Positions 17,374 to 25,501 of a stretch of DNA of 64,000 nt are shown in pieces. A program made the position numbers and the translations under genes. Where the stretch lies: contig CAZCFB010000004.1 in assembly GCA_964497805.1 (NCBI GenBank), positions 6,648-70,647 of the forward strand, given 5' to 3'. The notes beneath the pieces were generated by a model, which saw only the letters and a program-made list of their open reading frames with translations, did not search any database and had not been told where the DNA came from. The first letter of the stretch is position 1. The number at the start of each line of letters is the position of its first letter. Origin of the DNA: an uncultured Kofleriaceae bacterium (GTDB taxonomy: Bacteria; Myxococcota_A; Polyangia; GCA-2747355; CAZCFB01).

Positions 17374-18735
17374 TCACCCCGCCAGGATTATCCTCTGCTC
17401 CAGCTCCGCCCTGAACCCGGCGTACTCCGCCCCGGTTGGGGTAATGATGATGAAGCGCGTCTTGCCCTGGATGGGGTTGTGCCCCCGGGGCAGCACGCCA
17501 CGGCGGGTGCGGGCGATGTGCTCAGGCTCGCCCAGGTCCCCCAGGCGGCGGGCGATCTCCTCGTAGCGGATGCCCGGCTCCTGGAAGTCGAACCAGGGGC
17601 TGTTGGACACGGCCGCCTCGGCGCCTGACACCTCCTCCACCCAGAGCTTGACCATGGCCGCCCCGGTGTTGGAGCTGGGCCGCAGCCCGGGGTCGAAGAT
17701 CACCACCCCGCCTTCCTCCTGCTGGAAGTAGTCGCACATGATGAAGCCGAAGGAGCCTGGGCACCGCTCCAGGGTGCGGTCCACCAGGTCGAGGATCGCA
17801 TCCCCCACCGGCTCCAGGTTTGCGGCGGTGACCACATGGTTGACGCTGCCCGCGTACTTCTTGCCGTCGTCGCCGATGAGCTGGTCGGTGAGGGCCACCA
17901 CCTGGACGCGGTCCGGCGTCTCCGGGTCCAGGAAGATCTGGAAGCTCTTGTTCTGGCCCAGGATCTGCGGCTGCAGCACGACGGTGCGGTTCAGGCTGTA
18001 CTGTTCGGTCTTTTGGCGGATCTCGTCGAGGGTAAGGTGGAAGGCCTCAAGGCTGTCCACCGGGTGAACCCCCTCCCCCGCGTTCTCGGTGTTGCAGGTC
18101 TTGATGTAGAGCAGCCGCCCGGCCGGGCAGAGCTCGGTGAAGTCCTGGTCGGTCACCTCGAACATGTCCCGGTGCCGCTCGGGGGCGGCGAAGGAGGAGA
18201 GCTCGGGGACCATCTCCTTGGAGTTGACCAGCACCATGTTGCGGTGGGTGTTGGCCGTACAGTCGTCGGCGTCGGGGCCGAGGTCATCGATGGAGTAGAC
18301 CCGCCGGCCGCTGGCGCGCAGGTCGCGGCACACCTGGTCCAGGCCGTCGTGGTAGACGACGTCACCCATGAAGCCCACCCGCTGCAGGTAAGCCGCCAGG
18401 GTCTGGTCCGTGCCCTCGGGCAGGAACACCCGGTTCTCGCCGGGGGTGCACATGTAGGCCGCCGCGGTGGGCATGATCAGGTTCATGCCCGGGCCGAGCA
18501 GGGCGCCGTAGTCCTTGCGGAAGGCGGAGCGAGGATCAGAGGCGTCGGCGGACTGGTTGAACAGCAGGTTCAGGTCGTAGCCAGCCAGCTTGCGGCAAAT
18601 GGAAGAGTAAGAAGCGCGCTTGAGCCGCGCCAGGCGGTGGCCAGCCGGAAAGAGCTCATCGGTGTCGCCGCGATTCGCGGCCGCGGCTGCGGCAATTGAA
18701 ACCTGGGATGTTGAAGAAGAATCAGAGTTAGGCAT
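17374..18735 (-). CDS. ATP-grasp-like ligase (pre-ATP-grasp plus ATP-grasp, PGM1/BesA-like)
   Basis: 453 aa with good codon bias. The layout (N-terminal Rossmann-like part, central LLYIKTCNTENAGEGVH, C-terminal FGFIMCDYFQQEEGGVVIFDPGLRPSSNT) resembles ATP-grasp peptide/amino-acid ligases. Assigned by pattern only. Confidence 0.55.
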   Translation of the reverse strand: MPNSDSSSTSQVSIAAAAAANRGDTDELFPAGHRLARLKRASYSSICRKLAGYDLNLLFNQSADASDPRSAFRKDYGALLGPGMNLIMPTAAAYMCTPGENRVFLPEGTDQTLAAYLQRVGFMGDVVYHDGLDQVCRDLRASGRRVYSIDDLGPDADDCTANTHRNMVLVNSKEMVPELSSFAAPERHRDMFEVTDQDFTELCPAGRLLYIKTCNTENAGEGVHPVDSLEAFHLTLDEIRQKTEQYSLNRTVVLQPQILGQNKSFQIFLDPETPDRVQVVALTDQLIGDDGKKYAGSVNHVVTAANLEPVGDAILDLVDRTLERCPGSFGFIMCDYFQQEEGGVVIFDPGLRPSSNTGAAMVKLWVEEVSGAEAAVSNSPWFDFQEPGIRYEEIARRLGDLGEPEHIARTRRGVLPRGHNPIQGKTRFIIITPTGAEYAGFRAELEQRIILAG

Positions 18736-18788
18736 GCGCCAACTCTACATGTTGAACCGGCAGCAGTTCAACGCGCGGAAGGTCCGAC

Positions 18789-20516
18789 CTAACTCGCCTC
18801 CGCCACCCTCGCCGCCCAGGGCAGGCTCATGGGCTCATCGCCGGCCCTGTCCTTCTCCGGGCCGCTCACCCGGTGGCCGCCCTGCCCTGCCTCGCCCGCC
18901 TTGTAACGGGTGACGATGGTCTTGGGCTGGATCCCGTCGCCCATCAGGCGTACGCGCAGGTGCCACTTGGCCATCAGGGCGGCTGCCCCTGCCCGCTGGA
19001 CCCTGTCCACCAGGCCCGGCTCTCCGAACTGCTGCCGCACCTCCCGGTCAAGCGCAAGGGCGCGCAGGCGCTCTGTATCGTTCACCGCGAAGCGGGCCAC
19101 CCCGGGCAGGGCGTTGCCGTACTGGCGCGCCCGACGCTCCATCTTGCGCAGGCGGGCCAGCATGCAGGCGTCGTCCAGGGGCTGGGAGGCGATCCAGCGG
19201 TAGCCGCGCAGGCTGGTCTCCGCCACGCGGTAGAGGCTGCTGGAGTTGCGCAGGTACTCGCGCCTGAACGCCTCCTTCATCCAGCGGTCCGCCAGGTCCC
19301 CGGGGAAGTGGGGGTGGCGGTAGGCCAGGTGCTTCTGGCCGTGGTTCTCCTCCCACGGCAGATCCGTGCGCAGCAGCCCGCGCCGCTGGTGGTCCCGGTA
19401 CAGGGCCGTCACAGGCAGCGGGGTGAGCAGCATGAACTGCACGAAGTCAGCCTCCAGCCCCACCATGAAGTCGATCTCGTCGCTGATGTTCTCGGGGGTG
19501 TGGTGCTCCTCGCACAGGATGCCCGAGGCGAGGGTCATGATGCCGCGGTCGCGCAGCTGCTGCACCAGCGCGCGGGGATCGATGCCCGTGTTCTTGGCGT
19601 AGTTCCCCTTCTGGTTGGACGACTCCACCCCTATCCAGAGGAAGTTCACGCCCAGGCGCACCAGGTTGTCCACGCCGAAGGCGGTGATCGCCTCGGCCGA
19701 GGAGAAGATGTGGAAGCCGAAGAAGCGGCCATGCTTCTCCATCAGCTCCAGCAGCTCCATGGCCCGCTCGCGGTCCTTGAGGAAGTTCTCGTCCATGACG
19801 AAGAAGTCCTCGGTGCCGCGCTCATCCGAGATGCGGCAGGCGAGGTCGAACATCTCCTTGCCGGTGCGGATGTAGGGCGTGTACGCCTTGCCGAAGAAGT
19901 GGCTGGTCGAGCAGAACTTGCAGCCGTTGACGCAGCCCACGCCGGGCACGAGCAGGGCGGCGGACGGGCCGGGCACCGGGATGCCGTGGATCCACTCCGC
20001 CTCGGCGCTGGGCAGCGACGGGTGCACGATGGGCGCGTCCGGGTCCTGGCCCAGGATGACGCGCAGGGGGCGGATCCCCTCACCGCGCACAACATGGTCG
20101 CAGTCGATGATCTGCCCGATCCCCTCCATGGCGGCGCCGTGGCCGCCGACGATGACCTCGGCGCCCGGGGCGTGCTTCCGGCAGAGGCGCGCCATCTCCT
20201 TGGCCTTGATCATGTTCGGGGCGATGAAGGAGATCCCCACGTAGTCGTAGCCCCGCTCCAGCTCGCGCCGGAACCGCGCCTTGCTGGGGAAGTCGAGCAC
20301 CGTGACCTCGGCGTCGATATTCTCCGCCAGGAAGTAGAGACCAAAGGATCGGTGAAAAAACCGGAAGGAGGCTGCCTCCTGGCCGCGCGTGACCTGGTTG
20401 TGGAACAGCTCCATGATGTTCTCTTTTCGGCCGTAGGCGTCGTCCACGCCGAAAGGACCGAACACGCCAGAAAGCAAGACCCGCGGCTTCCGGGGGTTGC
20501 CCTTTGAATTCTCCAT
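18789..20516 (-). CDS. B12-binding-domain radical SAM enzyme (class B)
   Basis: N-terminal cobalamin-binding-like Rossmann region (YDYVGISFIAPNMIKAKEMARLCRKHAPGAEVIVGGHGAA). CxxxCxxC cluster motif in GVGCVNGCKFCST. Radical SAM core (FFVMDENF, WIGVESS). Confidence 0.85.
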   Translation of the reverse strand: MENSKGNPRKPRVLLSGVFGPFGVDDAYGRKENIMELFHNQVTRGQEAASFRFFHRSFGLYFLAENIDAEVTVLDFPSKARFRRELERGYDYVGISFIAPNMIKAKEMARLCRKHAPGAEVIVGGHGAAMEGIGQIIDCDHVVRGEGIRPLRVILGQDPDAPIVHPSLPSAEAEWIHGIPVPGPSAALLVPGVGCVNGCKFCSTSHFFGKAYTPYIRTGKEMFDLACRISDERGTEDFFVMDENFLKDRERAMELLELMEKHGRFFGFHIFSSAEAITAFGVDNLVRLGVNFLWIGVESSNQKGNYAKNTGIDPRALVQQLRDRGIMTLASGILCEEHHTPENISDEIDFMVGLEADFVQFMLLTPLPVTALYRDHQRRGLLRTDLPWEENHGQKHLAYRHPHFPGDLADRWMKEAFRREYLRNSSSLYRVAETSLRGYRWIASQPLDDACMLARLRKMERRARQYGNALPGVARFAVNDTERLRALALDREVRQQFGEPGLVDRVQRAGAAALMAKWHLRVRLMGDGIQPKTIVTRYKAGEAGQGGHRVSGPEKDRAGDEPMSLPWAARVAEAS

Positions 20517-20569
20517 ACTCTGCGCCTCTCGTTTGATCAGTGACCTGGGTGATCAAGGTAGGGGCGCCC

Positions 20570-20588
20570 TGTCATGGATTTGTCATGG
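20570..20588. promoter_or_regulatory. Direct repeat TGTCATGG-N3-TGTCATGG (11-bp period) upstream of the radical SAM gene
   Basis: Exact 8-bp repeat at 20570-20577 and 20581-20588, about 55-70 bp upstream of the ATG at 20516, in a low-GC divergent promoter region. Confidence 0.35.
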
Positions 20589-20807
20589 GTCGCGGGATGC
20601 CTTAGAGAGCTGACCATCAGTCCGGACCGAGCATGGCGACGGCATTGGAATCTCAGGCTAGGCGCGAGGAAGGCGCATGCTGGTTGCAAGTAACTGACGA
20701 ACAACAACGCCTGAGGTTTCAAGGGCAAGCCATGCGACGGGAGGACTGGTGGTCAGTTCTCTTCTCCTGATACCATTGGATGCGGCCCACGGTCCGGAGG
20801 TCTAAGA

Positions 20808-23252
20808 ATGCGCAGCACTAGAATTGATTTGCTCCCCCTGACACTTCTCCTCTCCCTGCTCCTGGTGATGCAAGGCTGTGGCGGCGCCGAGGCCGGCGTT
20901 TGCGAGAACGTGCAGTGCCCCGGCGGCTACCACTGCGTGGACGTCAGCGGCAAGGGCACCTGCAAGAAGGCGGGGACCAACCCCGACCTCGGCCCTGTGA
21001 AGGATATCGGGCCCCGGCTGGACAAGAAGAAGCCGCCCAAGCAGGACAAGGGCCCCAACAAGGACACCGGCCCGGGCAAGGACAAGAAGGTCCAGCCCAA
21101 GGACCTGCCCGGAAAGCTGGACGGCAACACCCAGCCCAAGGACACGGGCTCCAGCGTTGACCAGCCCGTGGGAGGGCCGGTGAGCGTGACCCTGCTCTCG
21201 CCGGCCAACAACAGCAAGACCGCCCTGGTTGAGGTGAAGTTCATGTTCAACGTGAGCTCCGCCAACAAGATCGCCAAGTGCGAGCTGTTCATGAACACCA
21301 AGCTGTCGGCCACCCTGCCCAACCCCAAGGCCACCGACTCCTTCGTCAAGAAGGGGCTCAAGGACGGCAAGTACACCTGGAGCATCAAGTGCACCGATAG
21401 CAAGGGCAAGGCGGGCGGCTCAGCCATCTGGACCGTCACCATCTCCCCCGAAACCCTGACCAAGTGCAAGACCAGCGGGTTCAAGGCCAACACCCGCTAC
21501 AAGGTGCTCCTCCCCGTGCTGAGCACCGGCGGTGACTGCTTCGTGGTCGACGCCAAGGGCGTGCACCTGGACGGCAATAGCAAGGCCGTGGCCGTGGCGC
21601 GCTACAAGGACCTGCTGGTTCACCAGGGCAAGGCCCTCTACCCCTCGGTGTACAAGAACCCGGGTGTCTCGGGCTCCTGGACCAAGACCTGGACCACCCC
21701 CTACAAACAAACGGTGGGCACCGGCCCAACCGCGGCGGACTTCAACGGCGACGGCCGCCTGGACCTGGTGATCCCCACGCAATCGGATCGGCTGCGGATC
21801 TACAGCGCCAAGAGCGCCGGCGCCTTCAACACCACCCCCTACTACACCTCCAAGGAGAAGATGCTCCGCCGCCCCCGCGCCGTGGACTGGAACCAGGACG
21901 GGGCCATGGACCTGCTGGCCGGCGGCTACAACGCCAAGGAGGAGTTCGCCCTGAACAAGGGCCTGGCAGGCCTGATGTACCAGACCGCCTACAACTGGGG
22001 CTCCTACACCACCGACCTGGACGTGGGGGACTTCAACGGCGACCGGGTGCTGGACGCGGCCGCGGGCGGGGGCTTCGGGTTCGGCAACGACAAGCGCGTC
22101 TTGATGCGTGGGTACAAGTCCAGCAGCAGCTTCGGCTTCTTCACGCTCTGGACCGCCAGCAACAACGATGTCCGCGGCGCCGGCCCCACCCTCATGGGCG
22201 ACCTGGACAGCGACGGGGACCTGGATCTTCTGCTCCCCTTCAGCTTCATCTACAACCAGCGGTACTCGCGCACCTTCCTCAACAGCGGCACCGGCTATTT
22301 CAAGAAGGGCGCCAGCTTCTCCGGCACCCGGCCCGTGGCCATCGCGGACATGAACGGCGACGGCAAGCCGGACCTGGTCCTGGTGACCCTCACAGGGAGT
22401 ATGGGGGCCATGACCAGCATCCAGGTGAAGCTCAACAACGGCAAGGGCGGCTTCTCGAGCCTGAAGTCCCTCTCCCCGGGCGGCACCATCACCTCCATCC
22501 TGGTGCGGGACCTCAACGGAGACGGGCTCCCCGAGCTGGTCGTGGGCACCTCAAGCTCCAGCTACGGCTACCTGCGGGTGTACAAGAACACCTTGAAGAC
22601 CAGCTCCAGCTTCACGCTCTCCTACAGCTACGGCTCCAAGGGGTCCTCATATATCTGGGATGCCAGGGACATGAACAACGACAGCCGGCTTGACCTGGTG
22701 TTCGGCGCCTTCAGCACCTTCGGCACCGTCCCGTACCTGATGGTGGGGCTCCAGAGCGTCAGCGGCAGCTTCCTGGTCAAGGTCGCTTACTCGGGCAAGG
22801 TCAACTCTGGCGTCGTCTCCGGCACGGTGCTCGGTGACCTGGACGGCCAGGCGGCGCGCGGGGTGCACATCAAGAAGGGCGCGAGCAAGGTCACCGTGAG
22901 CAACGTCGGCCCCATCCGCGGCTTCTCAACGGGTGTGCTGGTTGAGGGGGATCAGGCCACGCTGGAGGGCGTGGAGGTGGTGGACCCGGACTTGTACGGC
23001 GTGCGCTTTGACGGCGTAAACACCGGCAAGGTGGACAGCCTCAAGGTGAAACAGCTCTTCCAGGGCACCGCCCTCTCCCTGGACAACGCCAAGATCATCA
23101 CGGTGAACAACTCAAACCTGTGCGACATGGGCCGGCACCCGAACTTCACCCCCGTGGGCGCCGCCTGCGTGCTGTCAGCGGCCAACGGCACCAACAACCG
23201 CCTGAACCTGAACAACGGCTGCACTACCCTGGCGTCCAAGTACTGCCCGTAG
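20808..23252 (+). CDS. FG-GAP/VCBS repeat (integrin-alpha-like propeller) lipoprotein
   Basis: Lipobox LLLVMQGCGG and a K/P/D-rich tether. Seven Ca-binding-type blades (ADFNGDGRLDLV, VDWNQDGAMDLL, GDFNGDRVLDAA, GDLDSDGDLDLL, ADMNGDGKPDLV, RDLNGDGLPELV, RDMNNDSRLDLV). Confidence 0.8.
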   Translation: MRSTRIDLLPLTLLLSLLLVMQGCGGAEAGVCENVQCPGGYHCVDVSGKGTCKKAGTNPDLGPVKDIGPRLDKKKPPKQDKGPNKDTGPGKDKKVQPKDLPGKLDGNTQPKDTGSSVDQPVGGPVSVTLLSPANNSKTALVEVKFMFNVSSANKIAKCELFMNTKLSATLPNPKATDSFVKKGLKDGKYTWSIKCTDSKGKAGGSAIWTVTISPETLTKCKTSGFKANTRYKVLLPVLSTGGDCFVVDAKGVHLDGNSKAVAVARYKDLLVHQGKALYPSVYKNPGVSGSWTKTWTTPYKQTVGTGPTAADFNGDGRLDLVIPTQSDRLRIYSAKSAGAFNTTPYYTSKEKMLRRPRAVDWNQDGAMDLLAGGYNAKEEFALNKGLAGLMYQTAYNWGSYTTDLDVGDFNGDRVLDAAAGGGFGFGNDKRVLMRGYKSSSSFGFFTLWTASNNDVRGAGPTLMGDLDSDGDLDLLLPFSFIYNQRYSRTFLNSGTGYFKKGASFSGTRPVAIADMNGDGKPDLVLVTLTGSMGAMTSIQVKLNNGKGGFSSLKSLSPGGTITSILVRDLNGDGLPELVVGTSSSSYGYLRVYKNTLKTSSSFTLSYSYGSKGSSYIWDARDMNNDSRLDLVFGAFSTFGTVPYLMVGLQSVSGSFLVKVAYSGKVNSGVVSGTVLGDLDGQAARGVHIKKGASKVTVSNVGPIRGFSTGVLVEGDQATLEGVEVVDPDLYGVRFDGVNTGKVDSLKVKQLFQGTALSLDNAKIITVNNSNLCDMGRHPNFTPVGAACVLSAANGTNNRLNLNNGCTTLASKYCP

Positions 23253-23285
23253 GAAGCCAGCGGGCGGCCACGAGGACCGCCCCTA

Positions 23286-25427
23286 CTACTTAACCTCAAG
23301 CGTGAAGAATCCTGCGGTGCCGGTGTAGGTGCTGTCCACGGCCAGGTGGTAGGTGCCGCTTGTGGTGGGCGTGAAGGCGGAGGTGATGGTGTTGCCGCTG
23401 TAGCTGTTGGCGGAGACCAGGCCGGTCTTGCCGCCCGACCCGCAGTCCTGGTTGATGTCGTGCGGCTTGCACGATCCGCGGAAGATGTAGAAGCGGGCGT
23501 TCTTGTACTTCGGCTTGAGGGTGAAGGTGTACTTCTTGCCGGCGGTGAGCGTGAACTTGAAGTACGCCTGGTTGCCCTTGTAGATGGTGGAGTAGTTGTT
23601 GCAGAAGATCTGCGTCCCGAACTCATTGGCCAGCTGGCTGTTGTCGCCAAGAACCACGGTGGTGCCGCCCGCCACCAGGCTCACGGCCTGGGGCTTCAAG
23701 CAGGTGCCGTTGCTGGGCGCCTGGATCTCCTGGATCTTGAGCTTGTACATGCCCCGGTAAGGTGAACCGCGGCTGTCCACGACCACATGGTAGACGCCGC
23801 TGGCCGTGGGGCTGAACAGGATGTGCGAGGCCTGGTTGGCGTAGCTGGCGCTGGTCCAGAGGCCGGTCTTGCCGCCGCTGGCGCAGTCCTTGTTGATGGC
23901 AGTGGCCCCGCATGCGTTGCCGAACACGTAGAAGCGGGCGTACGAGAAGGCGGGGGTTAGCGAGATCTTGTATGACTTCCCCTTGGCCATGGAGAGCTTG
24001 TAGTACTGCTGCGGCCCGTCGAAGGCATAGGAGCTTTGGGTCTGGCCGCACAGGATCGACTGCCCGTACTCGTTGGCCAGGCCCGCGGTGTCGCTGATGA
24101 CAGTCACCTTGCCCCCGGTGAGGGAGAGGGTGGCGGCCTTGGCGCAGGTGGCGTTGTTCTGGGGGAAGACCTCCGTGACCTTGATGCTGAAGGTGCCCGC
24201 GTAGGTGGCGTAGCGGCTGTCGATGGCCACGGTGTAATCCGCCGAGGCGCCCGGTGTGAGCCAGAAAGTCCTGCCGTAGCTGCTGACATAGTGGTGGTTG
24301 AAGCCGAAGTTGCCGTTGGAGGCGCAGTCGGTGTTGATGCCCGAGGCCGAGCACCCGTTGCTGCGGAAGGCGTACACCGCGGCGTAGAACGACGGCTTCA
24401 CCGCGACGGAGTACTTGTATCCCTTCTTTGCGGTGAACTTGTAGTACAGCTGCGGCGCGGGGAAGTTGTAGTTCTTGTAGCCGCAGTTGATCTTGGAGCC
24501 GAACTCGTTCTGGGCTCCGGCGGTGTTGCCGGTGATGGAGGCCACGCCCTCCACGAAGTTGAGTTTCTGGGCCTTGGTGCAGGTTTCGTTGGTCGGCACC
24601 GTGAACTCGTCGATGGTCAGAGAGTAGGCCCCCTTGTAGTTCTGGTGGCTGGCGTCCACGGCCACGTACCAGGTGCCGCTGGTGGTTGGCTTGAACACGA
24701 GATAGCCGGACTGCCCGCTGCTGATGGCTCCGGTGATGGCGCCGGTCTTGCCGCTGGAACCGCACCCGGCGTTGATGCCAGTGATGCCGCAGGTCTGGAA
24801 CAGGTACATGCGCGCGTAGTGGTACTTGGGCGCGAAGGTGAAGCGGTACCCCTTGCCGCCGGTGAGTGACACCTTGTAGTAGCGCTGGGCCCCCACCATG
24901 ACCGTGCTGTAGTTGCCGCAGTTGATGCTGCTGCCGTACTCGTTTTTGGCGGTGGCGGTGGTGCCGGCCACGGTGATGCTCTTCTTGCCGCCCCAGCCCA
25001 GCTGGGTGGCGCCGGCGCAAACTGAGTTGCCCAGGGTGTTGATGTCCGGCTTGGCCACCGGCAGGTCCGGCTTCGCCACTGGCAGGTCGGGCTTGGCCAC
25101 CGGCAGATCTGGTTTCGCAACCGGCAGGTCCGGCTTCGCAACCGGCAGGTCGGGCTTCGCAACCGGCAGGTCCGGCTTGGCCACCGGCAGGTCCGGCTTG
25201 ACCACCGGACCGTCCGGCTTGACTACCGGGCCGTCGGGCTTGACCACCGGGCCGTCGGGCTTGACCACCTTGCCGTCGGGCTTGACCACCTTGCCGTCGA
25301 GCTTGCCCGGAGCGTCTACTTTGCCATCAACGGGCGTGGCGCCGGCGTCCGCCTGGTTGGGGTTTTCTTCAGTGCATGCCCAGACAAAGAGGACAAGTGA
25401 TAGCAGGGATATGCGCAGCAGCTTCAT
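23286..25427 (-). CDS. Lipoprotein with a KPD heptad tether and five PPC-like (pre-peptidase C-terminal-like) repeats
   Basis: Start trimmed to ATG 25427 (MKLLRISLLSLVLFVWAC) preceded by GGAGGAG. (VVKPDGP)n and (DLPVAKP)n heptads are followed by five ~115-aa modules: C..A..L.......G.T......EYG..I.CG.........YYK......Y.......Y.A..Y.F..C.......C......G...............Y.V.VD... Confidence 0.75.
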   Translation of the reverse strand: MKLLRISLLSLVLFVWACTEENPNQADAGATPVDGKVDAPGKLDGKVVKPDGKVVKPDGPVVKPDGPVVKPDGPVVKPDLPVAKPDLPVAKPDLPVAKPDLPVAKPDLPVAKPDLPVAKPDLPVAKPDINTLGNSVCAGATQLGWGGKKSITVAGTTATAKNEYGSSINCGNYSTVMVGAQRYYKVSLTGGKGYRFTFAPKYHYARMYLFQTCGITGINAGCGSSGKTGAITGAISSGQSGYLVFKPTTSGTWYVAVDASHQNYKGAYSLTIDEFTVPTNETCTKAQKLNFVEGVASITGNTAGAQNEFGSKINCGYKNYNFPAPQLYYKFTAKKGYKYSVAVKPSFYAAVYAFRSNGCSASGINTDCASNGNFGFNHHYVSSYGRTFWLTPGASADYTVAIDSRYATYAGTFSIKVTEVFPQNNATCAKAATLSLTGGKVTVISDTAGLANEYGQSILCGQTQSSYAFDGPQQYYKLSMAKGKSYKISLTPAFSYARFYVFGNACGATAINKDCASGGKTGLWTSASYANQASHILFSPTASGVYHVVVDSRGSPYRGMYKLKIQEIQAPSNGTCLKPQAVSLVAGGTTVVLGDNSQLANEFGTQIFCNNYSTIYKGNQAYFKFTLTAGKKYTFTLKPKYKNARFYIFRGSCKPHDINQDCGSGGKTGLVSANSYSGNTITSAFTPTTSGTYHLAVDSTYTGTAGFFTLEVK
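25045..25296 (-). repeat. 12 tandem 21-bp coding repeats (heptapeptide KPDLPVA / KPDGPVV units)
   Basis: Units counted by hand: 25045-25065, 25066-25086 and so on to 25276-25296, e.g. TCCGGCTTGGCCACCGGCAGG. A degenerate 13th unit follows. Confidence 0.9.
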
Positions 25428-25436
25428 CGGGTTCTC

Positions 25437-25463
25437 CTCCGACAATCAATCCTATTGTCGGAG
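25437..25463 (-). promoter_or_regulatory. Perfect 10-bp-stem hairpin overlapping the Shine-Dalgarno of the PPC-repeat gene
   Basis: Minus-strand RNA is CUCCGACAAU-AGGAUUG-AUUGUCGGAG followed by GAGAACCCG-AUG. The 3' arm supplies the first GGAG of the GGAGGAG SD. Confidence 0.5.
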
Positions 25464-25501
25464 AATTATACCCCTGAGGGGCGTCACCCACGAATAGACG
25501 G

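Noticed and set aside
20537-20728. 63-codon TTG-start ORF just upstream of the radical SAM gene, considered as a RiPP precursor peptide
   Set aside because: Its third-position GC is clearly lower than in real genes here. It has no SD and a non-ATG start, and it spans what looks like the divergent promoter region. A very short peptide (e.g. MTGRPYLDHPGH) cannot be excluded, but nothing supports it.
20517-20807. Cobalamin riboswitch upstream of the B12-dependent radical SAM gene
   Set aside because: I read the minus-strand leader for the conserved GGGAA...GGUG core and the B12 box (AGYCMGGAGACCKGCC-like) and found neither.
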